Counted from the first letter of the whole stretch, positions 10,291-21,002 are shown. The stretch is DNA of 62,971 bases, filler included, from Nitrospinae bacterium RIFCSPLOWO2_12_FULL_45_22 (GCA_001803565.1; 7 parts of 7 records of this genome joined end to end with filler, not necessarily neighbours in it), one strand, 5' to 3'. Notes: generated from the sequence alone by a model not told the origin. Made by a program: numbers and translations.

Positions 10291-11582
10291 ATGAAGAAAG
10301 AAGAGTTTTACCGAGAAAAGAAAGAGACTACTATCGGGCCTTTAGAAGGCGTAAGGGTTCTGGAGGCCACTACTTCGGGGGCAGGACCTTGGGCCGGGAC
10401 CCTACTGGCGGATATGGGTGCCGAGGTGATAAAGATTGATCAACCAGAGGCCGGGGATGTGGTAAGAAGGCTCCCACCCTTCTTGAAGCCTGAAATGCCC
10501 CAAGAAACCGGCCTATTCCACCTATCCATCAATAGGAACAAGAAGAATATCACCCTTAAATTATCCTCTGACGAAGGGGCCGAGATATTCAAGAGACTGG
10601 CCCTGCATATGGATATTATTATCGAGAATTTCAAGCCCGGGACTATGGATAAATGGGGTATAGGCTATAAAGCTATTGAACAGATACACCCGGCAATCAT
10701 CTATACCTCGGTTTCAGGCTTCGGACAATATGGCCCGCTCCATACCCGGGCAGGTTATGATGGTGTAGGCCAGGCTATGGGTGGCCTGATNNNNNNNNNN
10801 NNNNNNNNNNNNNNNNTGTAGGCCAGGCTATGGGTGGCCTGATGAATATTACTGGCTATCCCGACCGTCCGCCCGTAAAGACCGGCAATGCTATAGCTGA
10901 TAATATTACAGGCTGGCTAGGGGCCTTTGTCTCCGTCTGTGCCTTATATTACCGAAAAAATACTGGTGAAGGGCAGCATTGTGATGTTAATCTACTAGAT
11001 TCTATCCTCTATACCAGTGAGGTAGGGATAATAGGGGCGGCTAATGCCAATTATCATTTAAAGAGGATAGGACACCATCCCCTCACCTTCCGCTCGGTGT
11101 ATGAGTGTAAAGACGGCCGGTACGCCTACCTGATGCCGCTACTGGATCAACATTGGAAAAAACTCTGCCAACTCATAAACCGGGAAGACCTTATTGACGA
11201 CCCCAGGACCAATGCTGCTACCGTGAGGCTGCAGAACAAGGCGGTATGTGAAGAGGCAATAGAGACCTGGATTAAGGATAAAACCGTAGATGAAGTAATA
11301 TCTCTTCTTGGCTCAGAAGGATTAGTCTGTGCCCCGGTACTGGATTTTGCTGAGATAGTTAAAAATGAGCATATCATAGCCAGGGAGATGGTCACTGAGA
11401 CCGAACATCCGGCGGCTGGTAAAATAAAGATCTATGGTGTGGCCCCGAAGCTTTCCAAAACCCCAGGCCGAGTAAGATCGCCTGCCCCTCTCTTAGGCCA
11501 ACACAATGAAGAGGTTTACCTGGGCAGGTTAAAGATGAGCCGAGAAGAATTCGATCGCTATAAATCCTCCGGAATAATATAA
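10291..11582 (+). CDS. CaiB/BaiF family (class III) CoA-transferase, one gene spanning a scaffold gap
   Basis: GPLEGVRVLE, LADMGAEVIK, NRNKK, ENFKPG, GFGQYGP, catalytic Asp in IADNITG; TGTAGGCCAGGCTATGGGTGGCCTGAT is repeated on both sides of the N gap. Confidence 0.92.
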
Positions 11583-11627
11583 ATCGGATACTAGATGACC
11601 CACAGTGAGTGGAGGAAGAATAAGACC

Positions 11628-12011
11628 ATGGCAAATCAGAATATGGGTTACGATTCTTCATGGGATGAAGATAATGAGGAGCTTTTTGATAAGAAATATG
11701 CTGAGTGGGAAAAGAGAAAATGGGAGGCTTGGCTTAAGAAAAAGCTGACTTTTCCATTTATGGTTACCAGGAAAGAGGATGAGGATGATGCTTATTTTAC
11801 TCACGTAGCAAAGCATAAACCGTTTCGGTTAGGCCATACTATGAACGCAGTAGAAATTGCTGGTGAAGATTCTCATTATGGAGTAATCATTAAAGTTAGC
11901 GAAGAGAAAAAGGTTGGCTATGTCCCCTTATGTGATGTCGAAGTAACCCCTAAAAGTGATCCAAATTACTGGTCGGTGAGGGAATATGTCGTCTGGTTTG
12001 CTAATAGATAA
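11628..12011 (+). CDS. CcbP-like (calcium-binding family) protein
   Basis: W...L.FPF, YGVIIKV, VPLCDVEV and EYVVWFANR C-terminal pattern; acidic N-terminus. Confidence 0.65.
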   Translation: MANQNMGYDSSWDEDNEELFDKKYAEWEKRKWEAWLKKKLTFPFMVTRKEDEDDAYFTHVAKHKPFRLGHTMNAVEIAGEDSHYGVIIKVSEEKKVGYVPLCDVEVTPKSDPNYWSVREYVVWFANR

Positions 12012-12015
12012 TAAG

Positions 12016-12107
12016 ATGAATGGCTTACCGGATAGTATAGAGCGGGAGCGGGCGGTAACTACCTTTGATCAGAATGTGGTGGTGGAGGCCGGGGCTGGTA
12101 CGGGCAA
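12016..12107 (+). CDS. UvrD/AddA-like helicase, N-terminal fragment cut by the contig end
   Basis: Manual translation MNGLPDSIERERAVTTFDQNVVVEAGAGTG(K), the Walker A of AddA/UvrD helicases. Confidence 0.75.
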
Positions 12108-12207
12108 NNNNNNNNNNNNNNNNNNNNNNNNNNNNNNNNNNNNNNNNNNNNTTAATTAATTAANNNNNNNNNNNNNNNNNNNNNNNNNNNNNNNNNNNNN
12201 NNNNNNN
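12108..12207. other. Artificial contig linker; same linker at 19652-19751, 26917-27016, 40874-40973, 48283-48382 and 55664-55763
   Basis: N44-TTAATTAATTAA-N44, which gives stops in all six frames; genes are cut on either side. Confidence 0.97.
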
Positions 12208-12476
12208 GGGGAATATTTTCTGGGAATCCCTAGGAGTTACCTTTGCACCGCCTTCTAAGAGAATGAGTGTTACTGCTAGGGCTGTTTATAATGGACTGGG
12301 GGCTTCTAATGCGGCTGGTGGCCTTGCAATTGAGACTAGTACAACATTTATGGGGAAAAACTACCTGAGAAGCAGACTATCTGATAAAAGATGGTGCCCT
12401 TGATACAGAACTGAAGGATAGGGGTCTTATTTCTCTGCTACAGGCCGTAATAGGGGGATAAGAAAGGGGGAAAAAG

Positions 12477-14750
12477 ATGAAAAAATATTCCGTAGTCGGC
12501 CAACGTGTACCGCGAATCGATGGGGTAGCTAAGGCGACAGGAGAGGCCAAGTTTACTGGAGACCTGGTACTGCCCCGGATGTTATATGCGAGGGCTTTAA
12601 GGAGCCCCCTCCCGCATGCCAAAATCCTTCATATATATACTACCAAGGCTGAAAGACTTATTGGGGTGAAAGCTGTTATTACAGGCAAGGATACAGCCGA
12701 CATTCAAATGAGTCGGTTATTTTGTCCTATCAAAGATGAACCCCTTTTAGCAGTGGATAGAGTCCGTTATATTGGGGATGAGGTAGCGGCTGTAGCTGCT
12801 GTGGACGAGGATATTGCCAGGGAAGCATTGGACCTAATCGAGGTGGAATATGAGCCATTACCTGCTATTTTTGATCTGGAAGAGGCCATGGCCCAAGATG
12901 CTCCGATCATTCACGAGCATGCTAAGAATAATATTGCCTACCAAATATCTATGAATTTCGGTGATATAGAGCAAGGGTTTAAAGAATCCGATTATATTCA
13001 CGAGGATCAATATACTACTGCATGCTATACCAATTGTTGGATAGAGACTGACACATGCCTGGCCCATTTTGATTCTTCCGAGAAACTAACCTTATGGACC
13101 CCTACCCAGTCTCCTTATATCCTCAGGAGTGAAGTAGCCAGCACCCTGGGCCTGGGAGAAGGTAGAGTAAGGGTCATTGCACCTTATACAGGGGGAGGTT
13201 TTGGTGGTCGAGTAGGAATTCAACCTCATCATTGCCTGGCTGCCCTTCTATCGCGCAGGACAGGACAACCGGTAATGCTAAAGTTGGGTCAGGAAGAAAT
13301 CTTCAACATGGGTAATTCTATGATCATCCAAATGAAAACCGGCGTAAAAAGAGATGGAACTTTAGTTGCCAGAACCCTTAAAGTTATAGCTGACTCTGGC
13401 GGATATTTAGGTATTGGAGGGGTTGACCTGCTTATTTCGGGACTATTTAATACGGTGCCTTATAAACTTTCAGCCTTTCGGTTTGAAGGCCTCATGGTCT
13501 ATACCAATAACCCTGTAAGGGGATTTGTCTCTGGCGAAGGGATTCTGGCCACAAATTATGCCACCAGCACCCAATTAGATATAATAGCAGAGAATTTAGG
13601 GATCGATCCAGTAGACATCTGCTTGAAGAATGCTGTCCAACCAGGTTATACCACAGTCAATAAGTTCAAGATTGGTAGCTGCGGTCTTACCGAATGTATA
13701 CAAAAAGTAACAGAAAATGCCCATTGGAATGGCAAACGGGGAAATCTCAGAAAAGTGCATAGCGGCTTTGGAATAGGTTGCGGCTCAGTCTGTTCAGGAG
13801 CGAAAGGAATTCTAGCCCATGATATCTCGGCAGCAATAGTTAAAGTGCAGGAGGATGGCTCGGTTATCATATTGACAGGGCTGCCGGATATAGGCCAGGG
13901 GTCCCTAACCATGTTGGCCCAGATCGCCGCTGAGGAGCTGGGTGTACCAATGGAAAAGGTCATAGTCCATTCAGCCGATACCGAAACAACTCCTATAGAT
14001 GTTGGTGCCCTTGGCCAGCGGGGTACGTTCATTACCGGAAATGCTGTAAGAACGGCCATTAGAGAGGTTAAGGGACAGCTTTTAGAAGTAGCTGCGTCCT
14101 GCATGAATGTTAATATTGAAGGGTTAGAGATACAAGGAGGTAGGATATTTTCTAGGGAGAATCCTGAGAAAGGCATGTCGGTAGCAGAGGGTGTACAGGT
14201 AAGCCAAAGATCCAGCAAAGGGCAGCCTATTATGGCTAAAGGGGTCTATAATCCGGCTAGTGAGCCTACGGATCCTACAACTTTTGAGGGTAATCTGGCC
14301 ATGGCTTATTCCTTTGGCGCACAAGTGGCGGAAGTAGCCATTGACCCGGAAACTGGAAAGGCAAAACTAAAGAAGATGACGGCTGCCCATGATGTAGGTT
14401 TTGCTATAAATCCTAATGCCGTTGAAGGGGAAATCCATGGCCAGATATGGAGCGGAAGAGATATGACATTGTTCCAAGAAAGGATCTTGGAGCAAGGGCA
14501 AACCTTAAATCCCTCTTTTTTGGATTATAAATTCTCTACCGCTATGGATACTCCGGAGGTCGAGACCATTATCGTGGAAACTAACGACCCCCATGGCCCT
14601 TTTGGTGCTAAGGAGGTAGGGAGAGGGCCCTTTATGTCGGTCGCCCAGGCTATAGGTAATGCCATTTATGACGCTACAGGGGTGAGGATCAAAAGCTTCC
14701 CCATTACTCCTGAGAAGATCCTCCAGGCCTTAGAAGAAAAGACTCCTTGA
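12477..14750 (+). CDS. Xanthine dehydrogenase family molybdopterin-binding subunit (HcrA/CoxL-like)
   Basis: RIDGVAKATGEAKFTGDL, LRSPLPHA, GGGFGGR, DIGQGS, HDVGFAINP, GPFGAKEVG. Confidence 0.92.
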   Translation: MKKYSVVGQRVPRIDGVAKATGEAKFTGDLVLPRMLYARALRSPLPHAKILHIYTTKAERLIGVKAVITGKDTADIQMSRLFCPIKDEPLLAVDRVRYIGDEVAAVAAVDEDIAREALDLIEVEYEPLPAIFDLEEAMAQDAPIIHEHAKNNIAYQISMNFGDIEQGFKESDYIHEDQYTTACYTNCWIETDTCLAHFDSSEKLTLWTPTQSPYILRSEVASTLGLGEGRVRVIAPYTGGGFGGRVGIQPHHCLAALLSRRTGQPVMLKLGQEEIFNMGNSMIIQMKTGVKRDGTLVARTLKVIADSGGYLGIGGVDLLISGLFNTVPYKLSAFRFEGLMVYTNNPVRGFVSGEGILATNYATSTQLDIIAENLGIDPVDICLKNAVQPGYTTVNKFKIGSCGLTECIQKVTENAHWNGKRGNLRKVHSGFGIGCGSVCSGAKGILAHDISAAIVKVQEDGSVIILTGLPDIGQGSLTMLAQIAAEELGVPMEKVIVHSADTETTPIDVGALGQRGTFITGNAVRTAIREVKGQLLEVAASCMNVNIEGLEIQGGRIFSRENPEKGMSVAEGVQVSQRSSKGQPIMAKGVYNPASEPTDPTTFEGNLAMAYSFGAQVAEVAIDPETGKAKLKKMTAAHDVGFAINPNAVEGEIHGQIWSGRDMTLFQERILEQGQTLNPSFLDYKFSTAMDTPEVETIIVETNDPHGPFGAKEVGRGPFMSVAQAIGNAIYDATGVRIKSFPITPEKILQALEEKTP

Positions 14751-14900
14751 TTTTAACCTGAATCCAAGGCGAATCGATCTTTACGTGGAAAGTTAGGCGG
14801 AATGACACCACTAGTGGTGTGACTCCAAGCTACATCTTATGATAAGTAAATCTTTATCTGGAATTATTCATTAACATTTGCTCTGGATTTAGGTTTAAAT
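14751..14900. mobile_element. Second, degenerate member of the CCTGAATCCAGAGCGAAT TIR family
   Basis: TTTTAACCTGAATCCAAGGCGAAT ... ATTTGCTCTGGATTTAGGTTTAAA; ends resemble the element at 10047-10260 but the interior differs. Confidence 0.5.
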
Positions 14901-14917
14901 AAATAAGGAGGTAAGAT

Positions 14918-16831
14918 ATGGAAGCTAGATATTATGCTGGGAAGCTTCTTTGGGTAGACTTATCTTCAGGTAAGATAAGGGAAACACCAACTAGCGACTA
15001 CGGTGACTTTGTAGGCGGGATCGGCATTGCCGCTAAAATATATTGGGATGAAGTCCCCACCGAAGTTAAGGCTTTATACCCTGAGAATAAGTTAATATTC
15101 ATTACCGGCCCCCTGAGCGGGTTTTCTGGATTTGCCAGCTCCCGCTGGAAGATAGCGGCCAAATCCCCTATAGCTAATCCCGAGCATTTCTCTTATGCTA
15201 ACCTGGGTGGAAGCTGGGGGGTTGCCCTTAAGCTGGCCGGTTACGATGGTTTAGTGGTGGAAGGAAAGGCAGAGAAGCCCGTTTATCTGCTGGTAGAGGA
15301 GGACAGGACCAGGATAATGGATGCTACTCATCTCTGGGGCAGGGGGGCAATAGAAGTCCGAGATATCCTTAAGGCCGAATGGGAGGATTCAGTCAATGTA
15401 TTAGCCATCGGTCCGGCGGGCGAAAACATGGCGGTGATGGCAACTGTCCTGGCTAACCAGGATGCCAGTGGCCGTGCTGGTTTTGGAGCGGTGATGGGTT
15501 CTAAGAAACTTAAGGCCATTGTTGTGCGAAGAGGGAGTCAGAAATTTTCTCCGGCATACCCAGAAAGGCTTAAAGAGCTATTGTGGCATTTCCGCTGGCT
15601 AGTGGGAGAAGGCAAGCTTGCTTTCTACCATCAGATGGTAAAAACAACAAAGGAACGACCGACTCGTAAAGACTACTGCTGGGGTTGTGCCGGCCCCTGC
15701 ATACGAGAATCCTACAAGGCTCAGGACGGCAAAGAAGGTAAGTTCATGTGTTCATCGGCCCTTTTCTATCGCAGATGGGCCTGGCCCTATTATAATAACG
15801 ATGATGAAGAGATCCCCTTCAAGGTAACCAAGCTCTGTGACGATCTGGGATTGGATACCATGCATTTTGAGGTCATCATAAAATGGCTTGATCGCTGCTA
15901 CCAGGCAGGGCTCTTGACGGAGGAAGAAACCGGCATCCCCTTTTCTAGAATAGGTAGCTGGGAATTCGCTGACGCTTTACTCAGAGAAATAGCTTATGGA
16001 GAGGGCATCGGTAAATTCCTGCGCTTGGGGGTGGAAAAGGCAGCCGAGCTTATCGGTAAGGGGACAGGAGAAATAATTTCTGATCTACTTCATAAATCGG
16101 GATTCGATATATATAGTCCCCGGATACATATTGCGAATGGGATTATATATGCTATGGAGGCCACACAACGGCTGGACCAATTACATGAAATATCTATACT
16201 TATTGAGCAATGGCGGCAATGGGTCCATGGCAGTGAAGGGGCTTTCGTCTCCAGTGATGTAGTTCGGTCCGTTGCCAAAAGGTTCTGGGGCAGTGAAGCA
16301 GCGGCCGATTTTACGTCCTATGAAGGGAAAGCCCTGGCAGCAAAGATGATCCAGGAGCGCGAATATGCTAAGAATTGCTTGATCCTCTGTGATTGGGTAT
16401 GGCCGTTGATGACATCGCCTAACACGGCTGATCATGTAGGAGACCCAACCCTGGAGAGCAAGATCTTCTCTGCCATTACTGGACAGGAAATGGATGAGGA
16501 TGGGTTTTCCCGGCTGGGAGAAAAGATCTTCCATCTCCAGCGGGCTATTATGATAAGGGAGGGACACAGGGGGAGACAGGATGACTGCCTGCCAGAGTTT
16601 TGCTACACTACTCCCTTGTCGGAACAGGTTGTTAACCCTGAAATGATAGTGCCAGGGAAGGATGGGGAGCCAGTCTGTCGGAAGGGTTCTGTAGTGGACA
16701 GAAAATCCTTTGAAAAAATGAAGGATGAATACTACCAGCTTCGGGGATGGGATATTAAGACAGGATTACCTACTATTCAACGGCCCAAAGAGTTGGGGCT
16801 GGACTTCACGAGGAATATTTTCACAGCATAG
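14918..16831 (+). CDS. Tungsten-dependent aldehyde:ferredoxin oxidoreductase family protein
   Basis: AGYDGLVVEGKA, IGPAGEN, GRAGFGAVMGSKKLKAI, CWGCAGPC Fe-S motif, DDLGLD, EYYQLRGWD. Confidence 0.92.
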   Translation: MEARYYAGKLLWVDLSSGKIRETPTSDYGDFVGGIGIAAKIYWDEVPTEVKALYPENKLIFITGPLSGFSGFASSRWKIAAKSPIANPEHFSYANLGGSWGVALKLAGYDGLVVEGKAEKPVYLLVEEDRTRIMDATHLWGRGAIEVRDILKAEWEDSVNVLAIGPAGENMAVMATVLANQDASGRAGFGAVMGSKKLKAIVVRRGSQKFSPAYPERLKELLWHFRWLVGEGKLAFYHQMVKTTKERPTRKDYCWGCAGPCIRESYKAQDGKEGKFMCSSALFYRRWAWPYYNNDDEEIPFKVTKLCDDLGLDTMHFEVIIKWLDRCYQAGLLTEEETGIPFSRIGSWEFADALLREIAYGEGIGKFLRLGVEKAAELIGKGTGEIISDLLHKSGFDIYSPRIHIANGIIYAMEATQRLDQLHEISILIEQWRQWVHGSEGAFVSSDVVRSVAKRFWGSEAAADFTSYEGKALAAKMIQEREYAKNCLILCDWVWPLMTSPNTADHVGDPTLESKIFSAITGQEMDEDGFSRLGEKIFHLQRAIMIREGHRGRQDDCLPEFCYTTPLSEQVVNPEMIVPGKDGEPVCRKGSVVDRKSFEKMKDEYYQLRGWDIKTGLPTIQRPKELGLDFTRNIFTA

Positions 16832-16844
16832 GAGGGTAAAGAGG

Positions 16845-19082
16845 GTGAAGGGATATTCAGTGGTGGGGAAACCTACTCCCCGGATTGATGGGGTGGCTAA
16901 GGTTACCGGCGAGGCCAGGTTTACAGGAGACCTGGTATTACCCCGGGTATTATATGCAAAAATCTTAAGAAGTCCTTATCCGCATGCCAATATCCTTAAT
17001 ATAGACACCACCAGGGCAGAGAGACTTAAGGGGGTAAAAGCCATTATTACCGGGAAGGATGTAATAGGCATTCAGTTGAATCGGTTGTACTCTCCCATTA
17101 AGGATGAACCCATTTTGGCAGGGGATAAAGTGCGCTACATTGGAGATGAGGTAGCAGTGGTTGCGGCGGAGGATGAAGATGTGGCCAGGGAAGCTTTGGA
17201 GCTAATCAGTGTAGAGTATGAACTATTGCCTGCTATCCTTAATGTTGAGGAAGCTATGGTTGCGGGCGCTCCTATCATCCACGGACATGCTAATAACAAT
17301 ATTGCTTACCAAATCTCGGCAAATTTTGGTGATCTGGAGCAGGGTTTTAAAGAGTCTGAGTATATCCGCGAGGATACTTATACCACCGCATATTATACCA
17401 ATTGTAGCATAGAAACCGATGTGTGTCTGGCCCAATTTGATTCTTCTGGGAAACTCACCTTATGGACTCCTACCCAGTCCACTTATATAATCCAGAAAGA
17501 CATAGCTAACACTCTGGGACTGGCAGAAGGTAAAGTAAGGGTCATTGCACCCCATATAGGAGGAAGTTTTGGTAGTCGATTGTCAGGCGAGCCCCATCAT
17601 TGTCTGGCCGCTCTCCTGGCACAAAAGACCGGACGGCCAGTAATGCTAAAGTTGGACCTGGAAGAAATCCTTAACCGGGGTAATTCTATGATTATACAAT
17701 TAAAAACCGGGGTAAAAAAGGATGGGACCTTATTATCCCGAAAACTCAAAGTTATAGCTGATGCTGGTGGGTATTTAGGTCTTACAGGTTTAGACGTTCA
17801 GATCGCCGGGCTACGTAATATGTTGCCTTACAAACTCGCAGCCTTTCAGTTTGAAGGTCTAGCGGTCTATACCAATAATCCTGTGAGGGGATTTTTATCC
17901 GGGGAAGGGATTCGAGTGGCAAATTTCGCCTCCAGCATCCAATTGGACCAAATAGCAGAAGATTTAGGGATTGATCCATTGGATATATGCTTAAAAAATG
18001 CCATCCAACCAGGTTATATTATGGCTAATAAGATAAAGATCGGTAGCTGTGGCCTTACAGAATGTATCCAAAAAGTAGTCGAAAAGGCCGGTTGGGATGG
18101 AAAGCGGGGTAGACTCAGAAGGGAGCATCGTGGTTTTGGCATAGGCTGTGGCTCAGCCTCTTCTGGTGGCAAAGGAGTTTTGACCCACAGTATCTCTGCC
18201 GCTACAGTTAAGCTTCAGGAGGATGGGTCGGTGGTATTATTGACCGGGCTGCCTGATATGGGTCAGGGTGCCCATACTATACTGGCCCAGATTGCCGCTG
18301 AAGTCCTGGGCCTACCATTAGAGAAGATATTAATATATTCAGCGGATACCGAGCTATCTCCTGTAGATTTAGGTGCCCTGGGCCAGAGGGGTACCTACAT
18401 AACAGGAAATGCGGTAAAGTCCGCCGCAGAAGAGGCCAGAAGACAGCTCTTGGAAGTTGCGGCAGAAAGCATGGATGCCAATATTGAGGATTTAGAGATT
18501 CAAGGGGGCAGAATCTTCATTAAAAATAACCCGGAAAAGGAGATGCCAGTCTCAGGAGTCGTTCAGACCAGCCAGAGGTCTGAGAGAGGGCAGCCTATTA
18601 TGGGTAAAGGCTTTTATAATCCGAATAGCGAGCCGCCAGATCATATAACTTTTTCTTTTGACGCCCAAGTGGCAGAAATAGAACTAGACCCGGAAACAGG
18701 AAAGATAAAGCTAAAAAAGGTCAATGTCGCCCATGATGTAGGCTTTGCTATAAATCCCCTGGCGGTTGAAGGACAGATCCACAGCCAGGTGTGGAGTGGG
18801 GGAGATATGACACTGTTCCAGGAAAGGATATTAAAAGAAGGCCAGAATCTAAATCCCTCTTTCCTGGATTACAAATTCTCTACCGCTATGGACGCGCCAG
18901 AGATAGAGACTACTATAGTAGAGACTATCGAGCCTTATGGTCCCTTTGGGGCTAAAGAGGTAGGGAGGGGGCCAATAATGTCAATCGGCCAGGCCATAGT
19001 TAATGCCGTTTATGATGCTACAGGAGTTAGGATCAAAAGCTTCCCTATTACCCCAGAAAAGATCCACTCAACTTTCACATAG
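16845..19082 (+). CDS. Xanthine dehydrogenase family molybdopterin-binding subunit, paralog 2
   Basis: Collinear with 12477-14750; start placed at GTG 16845 (VKGYSVVGK) after a GGAGG RBS. Confidence 0.92.
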   Translation: MKGYSVVGKPTPRIDGVAKVTGEARFTGDLVLPRVLYAKILRSPYPHANILNIDTTRAERLKGVKAIITGKDVIGIQLNRLYSPIKDEPILAGDKVRYIGDEVAVVAAEDEDVAREALELISVEYELLPAILNVEEAMVAGAPIIHGHANNNIAYQISANFGDLEQGFKESEYIREDTYTTAYYTNCSIETDVCLAQFDSSGKLTLWTPTQSTYIIQKDIANTLGLAEGKVRVIAPHIGGSFGSRLSGEPHHCLAALLAQKTGRPVMLKLDLEEILNRGNSMIIQLKTGVKKDGTLLSRKLKVIADAGGYLGLTGLDVQIAGLRNMLPYKLAAFQFEGLAVYTNNPVRGFLSGEGIRVANFASSIQLDQIAEDLGIDPLDICLKNAIQPGYIMANKIKIGSCGLTECIQKVVEKAGWDGKRGRLRREHRGFGIGCGSASSGGKGVLTHSISAATVKLQEDGSVVLLTGLPDMGQGAHTILAQIAAEVLGLPLEKILIYSADTELSPVDLGALGQRGTYITGNAVKSAAEEARRQLLEVAAESMDANIEDLEIQGGRIFIKNNPEKEMPVSGVVQTSQRSERGQPIMGKGFYNPNSEPPDHITFSFDAQVAEIELDPETGKIKLKKVNVAHDVGFAINPLAVEGQIHSQVWSGGDMTLFQERILKEGQNLNPSFLDYKFSTAMDAPEIETTIVETIEPYGPFGAKEVGRGPIMSIGQAIVNAVYDATGVRIKSFPITPEKIHSTFT

Positions 19083-19221
19083 TGGCTTAAATTGAATGAT
19101 GGAAGATTAATAAGGATATATTTGTGATGAAAGAGCTAAAAAGGAAATGTATAATTACCCCCTGTTATCAATTTAATAATCTGGTTTCATCTATGTCCAA
19201 TTAAATTAAGGAGGTAGACAG

Positions 19222-19651
19222 ATGAGGGAATATGCTGTTATCGGCAAGAGATTACCTAGAGTGGATGCCGTCCCTATGGCTACTGGGACGGCACAGTACA
19301 CGGGTGATGTAGCTCTAGCGGGGATGCTCCACGGCAAGCTCTTGAGGAGCCCTTACCCGCACGCTAAGATTCTCAATATAGATACCTCACGGGCTGAGCG
19401 ATTGCCCGGGGTGAAAGGAATAATCACCGGGCGAGACCCCAATAATAAGAAATGGGGTTTTATAGACGATCCCACTCAACTCGATGAATATCCCCTGGCC
19501 TTTGATAAGGTTCTCTACGTTGGAGATGAAATAGCAGCCGTAGCGGCTACAGATGAGGATATCGCCTTAGAGGCCATAGACCTTATCCGGGTGGAGTATG
19601 AAGAGCTACCCGCTATCTTCGATATAGAAGAGGCGATGAAGCCTGATACTC
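19222..19651 (+). CDS. Xanthine dehydrogenase family molybdopterin-binding subunit, paralog 3 (3' truncated)
   Basis: RVDAVPMATGTAQYTGDV, LRSPYPHAKI; AAGGAGG RBS; cut by the contig end. Confidence 0.88.
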
Positions 19652-19751
19652 NNNNNNNNNNNNNNNNNNNNNNNNNNNNNNNNNNNNNNNNNNNNTTAAT
19701 TAATTAANNNNNNNNNNNNNNNNNNNNNNNNNNNNNNNNNNNNNNNNNNNN

Positions 19752-20689
19752 CCATCGTTTTGAGAAATAATGCTATTTGTTATGTAGATGGCTGGGCTTA
19801 CAGATTGATATTGCGATGAAGAAATACCAGACCCTTTATTTCTTAATATACTACTATTGTTTATATTAATCCTTTTGAATAAATAACCAGAATCAGTACC
19901 AATTAGGATCCCAGGGCTTCCCTCCGATATAATGCAATATTCGAACGTGATATTACTATCACCTCCGGCAGTCTTACGAATAATTTTTATACCGTCCCAA
20001 TATCCAGGGGCCGATGACTCGGCATAGGGGGCAAATCTTATCGGTTTGCTAGAAGTACCCACAGCATTTAAAGTACCATGGACAAACAGTCCTGACCCGG
20101 CCATGAACTTTACCTCTACCCCGGGCTCTATGGACAAGAGAACACCGGGATTCACAAAAACATCATCGGTGACAATATAAGGGCTATTGGCCTCAGTCCA
20201 GGTGGTGTCGGTAGAAATACCGCCGCCAATGGCCTTACCAACGAAATCGGCTGTCTTAACAATAGTTTTGGGATTGCCCCAGTCGTCAGCCAGGTCTTTA
20301 TAGGTAACCGTTATCTTATCGCCAGCAAAAGTAACTTGCAGCTTCCCATCCGCCCCAATGCTTCCTTGCTCATCCAATGCTATGGAACCCTGAAAAACCC
20401 CGGTAGAAACATCTGTCTCGGTTAGGGTAACAGTTTCAGCCTGGCTCTCAATAGCACTTGTCACCGACACACTTAGGCTATCTTTGGCTGTGCTATCCTT
20501 ATTCTCATCAATATCGGTAACCTGGATATACAAAGTCTCTCCAGATCGATAGATACTCTTATCCAGGCTCAAGGTACCCGTTACATTTGCCAGGGTGCTA
20601 TTAGGGATAAGAAGCACGAGGCAGGCTATTATTGCTATTGCCAGGCAAGCTTTCAGGGATAATTTAGGTAGGGAAAATGCTCTGCCCAT
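19752..20689 (-). CDS. Secreted or surface protein with right-handed beta-helix repeats (3' truncated)
   Basis: N-terminal signal peptide; TLTETDVSTGVFQG Ig-like segment; DTTWTEANSPYIV...IEPGVEVKF...LNAVGT..PIRF...WDGI pattern. Confidence 0.75.
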
Positions 20690-20855
20690 CCTGCCCTCCT
20701 ATGGGGATATTGCCAGAGTGGATCATGGGCGAGACTCTCATACTACGGGCCATTAAATCAAAGAAACCATTGGGTGTCAAGAGGAATTTTAGCCAGCTTA
20801 ATCTGAACCTCCCGATGGTAAAAAAATATTCCGGCAAAAATATTTTATCCTTTTC

Positions 20856-20884
20856 TTGACAAAAATACAATAAGATGCTATTAT
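20856..20884 (+). promoter_or_regulatory. Sigma70-type promoter
   Basis: TTGACA-N17-TATTAT with an extended -10 TG. Confidence 0.65.
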
Positions 20885-21002
20885 ATAATTATGCAATTGC
20901 TTGTATCATAGGGTTAATGGGGGTAGAAGGTTAAAATGAAGATCGAAACCCATAGAAACGGTATCATTCCTCTTTCAGTAATTTAATAAGGAGGACTGTG
21001 AG

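Noticed and set aside
10764-10843. Split CoA-transferase or tandem duplication
   Set aside because: The same 27 nt lie on both sides of the N gap, which indicates an unmerged scaffold overlap in a single gene
12108-12207. Recurring TTAATTAATTAA flanked by Ns as a biological repeat
   Set aside because: Identical 100-nt linker at six places with genes cut on either side; it is a contig-joining artefact, so no linkage was inferred across it (for example nifB with the reductase array)
12208-12461. Gene fragment at the start of contig 2
   Set aside because: No frame gives a recognisable product; left unassigned
16725-16844. N-terminal extension of the second Mo subunit
   Set aside because: Overlaps the AOR gene; homology and the RBS place the start at 16845
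20727-20740. att duplication of the tRNA-Arg 5' end (GGGCGAG...CTCA)
   Set aside because: Only 7 contiguous bases match, too few to distinguish from chance
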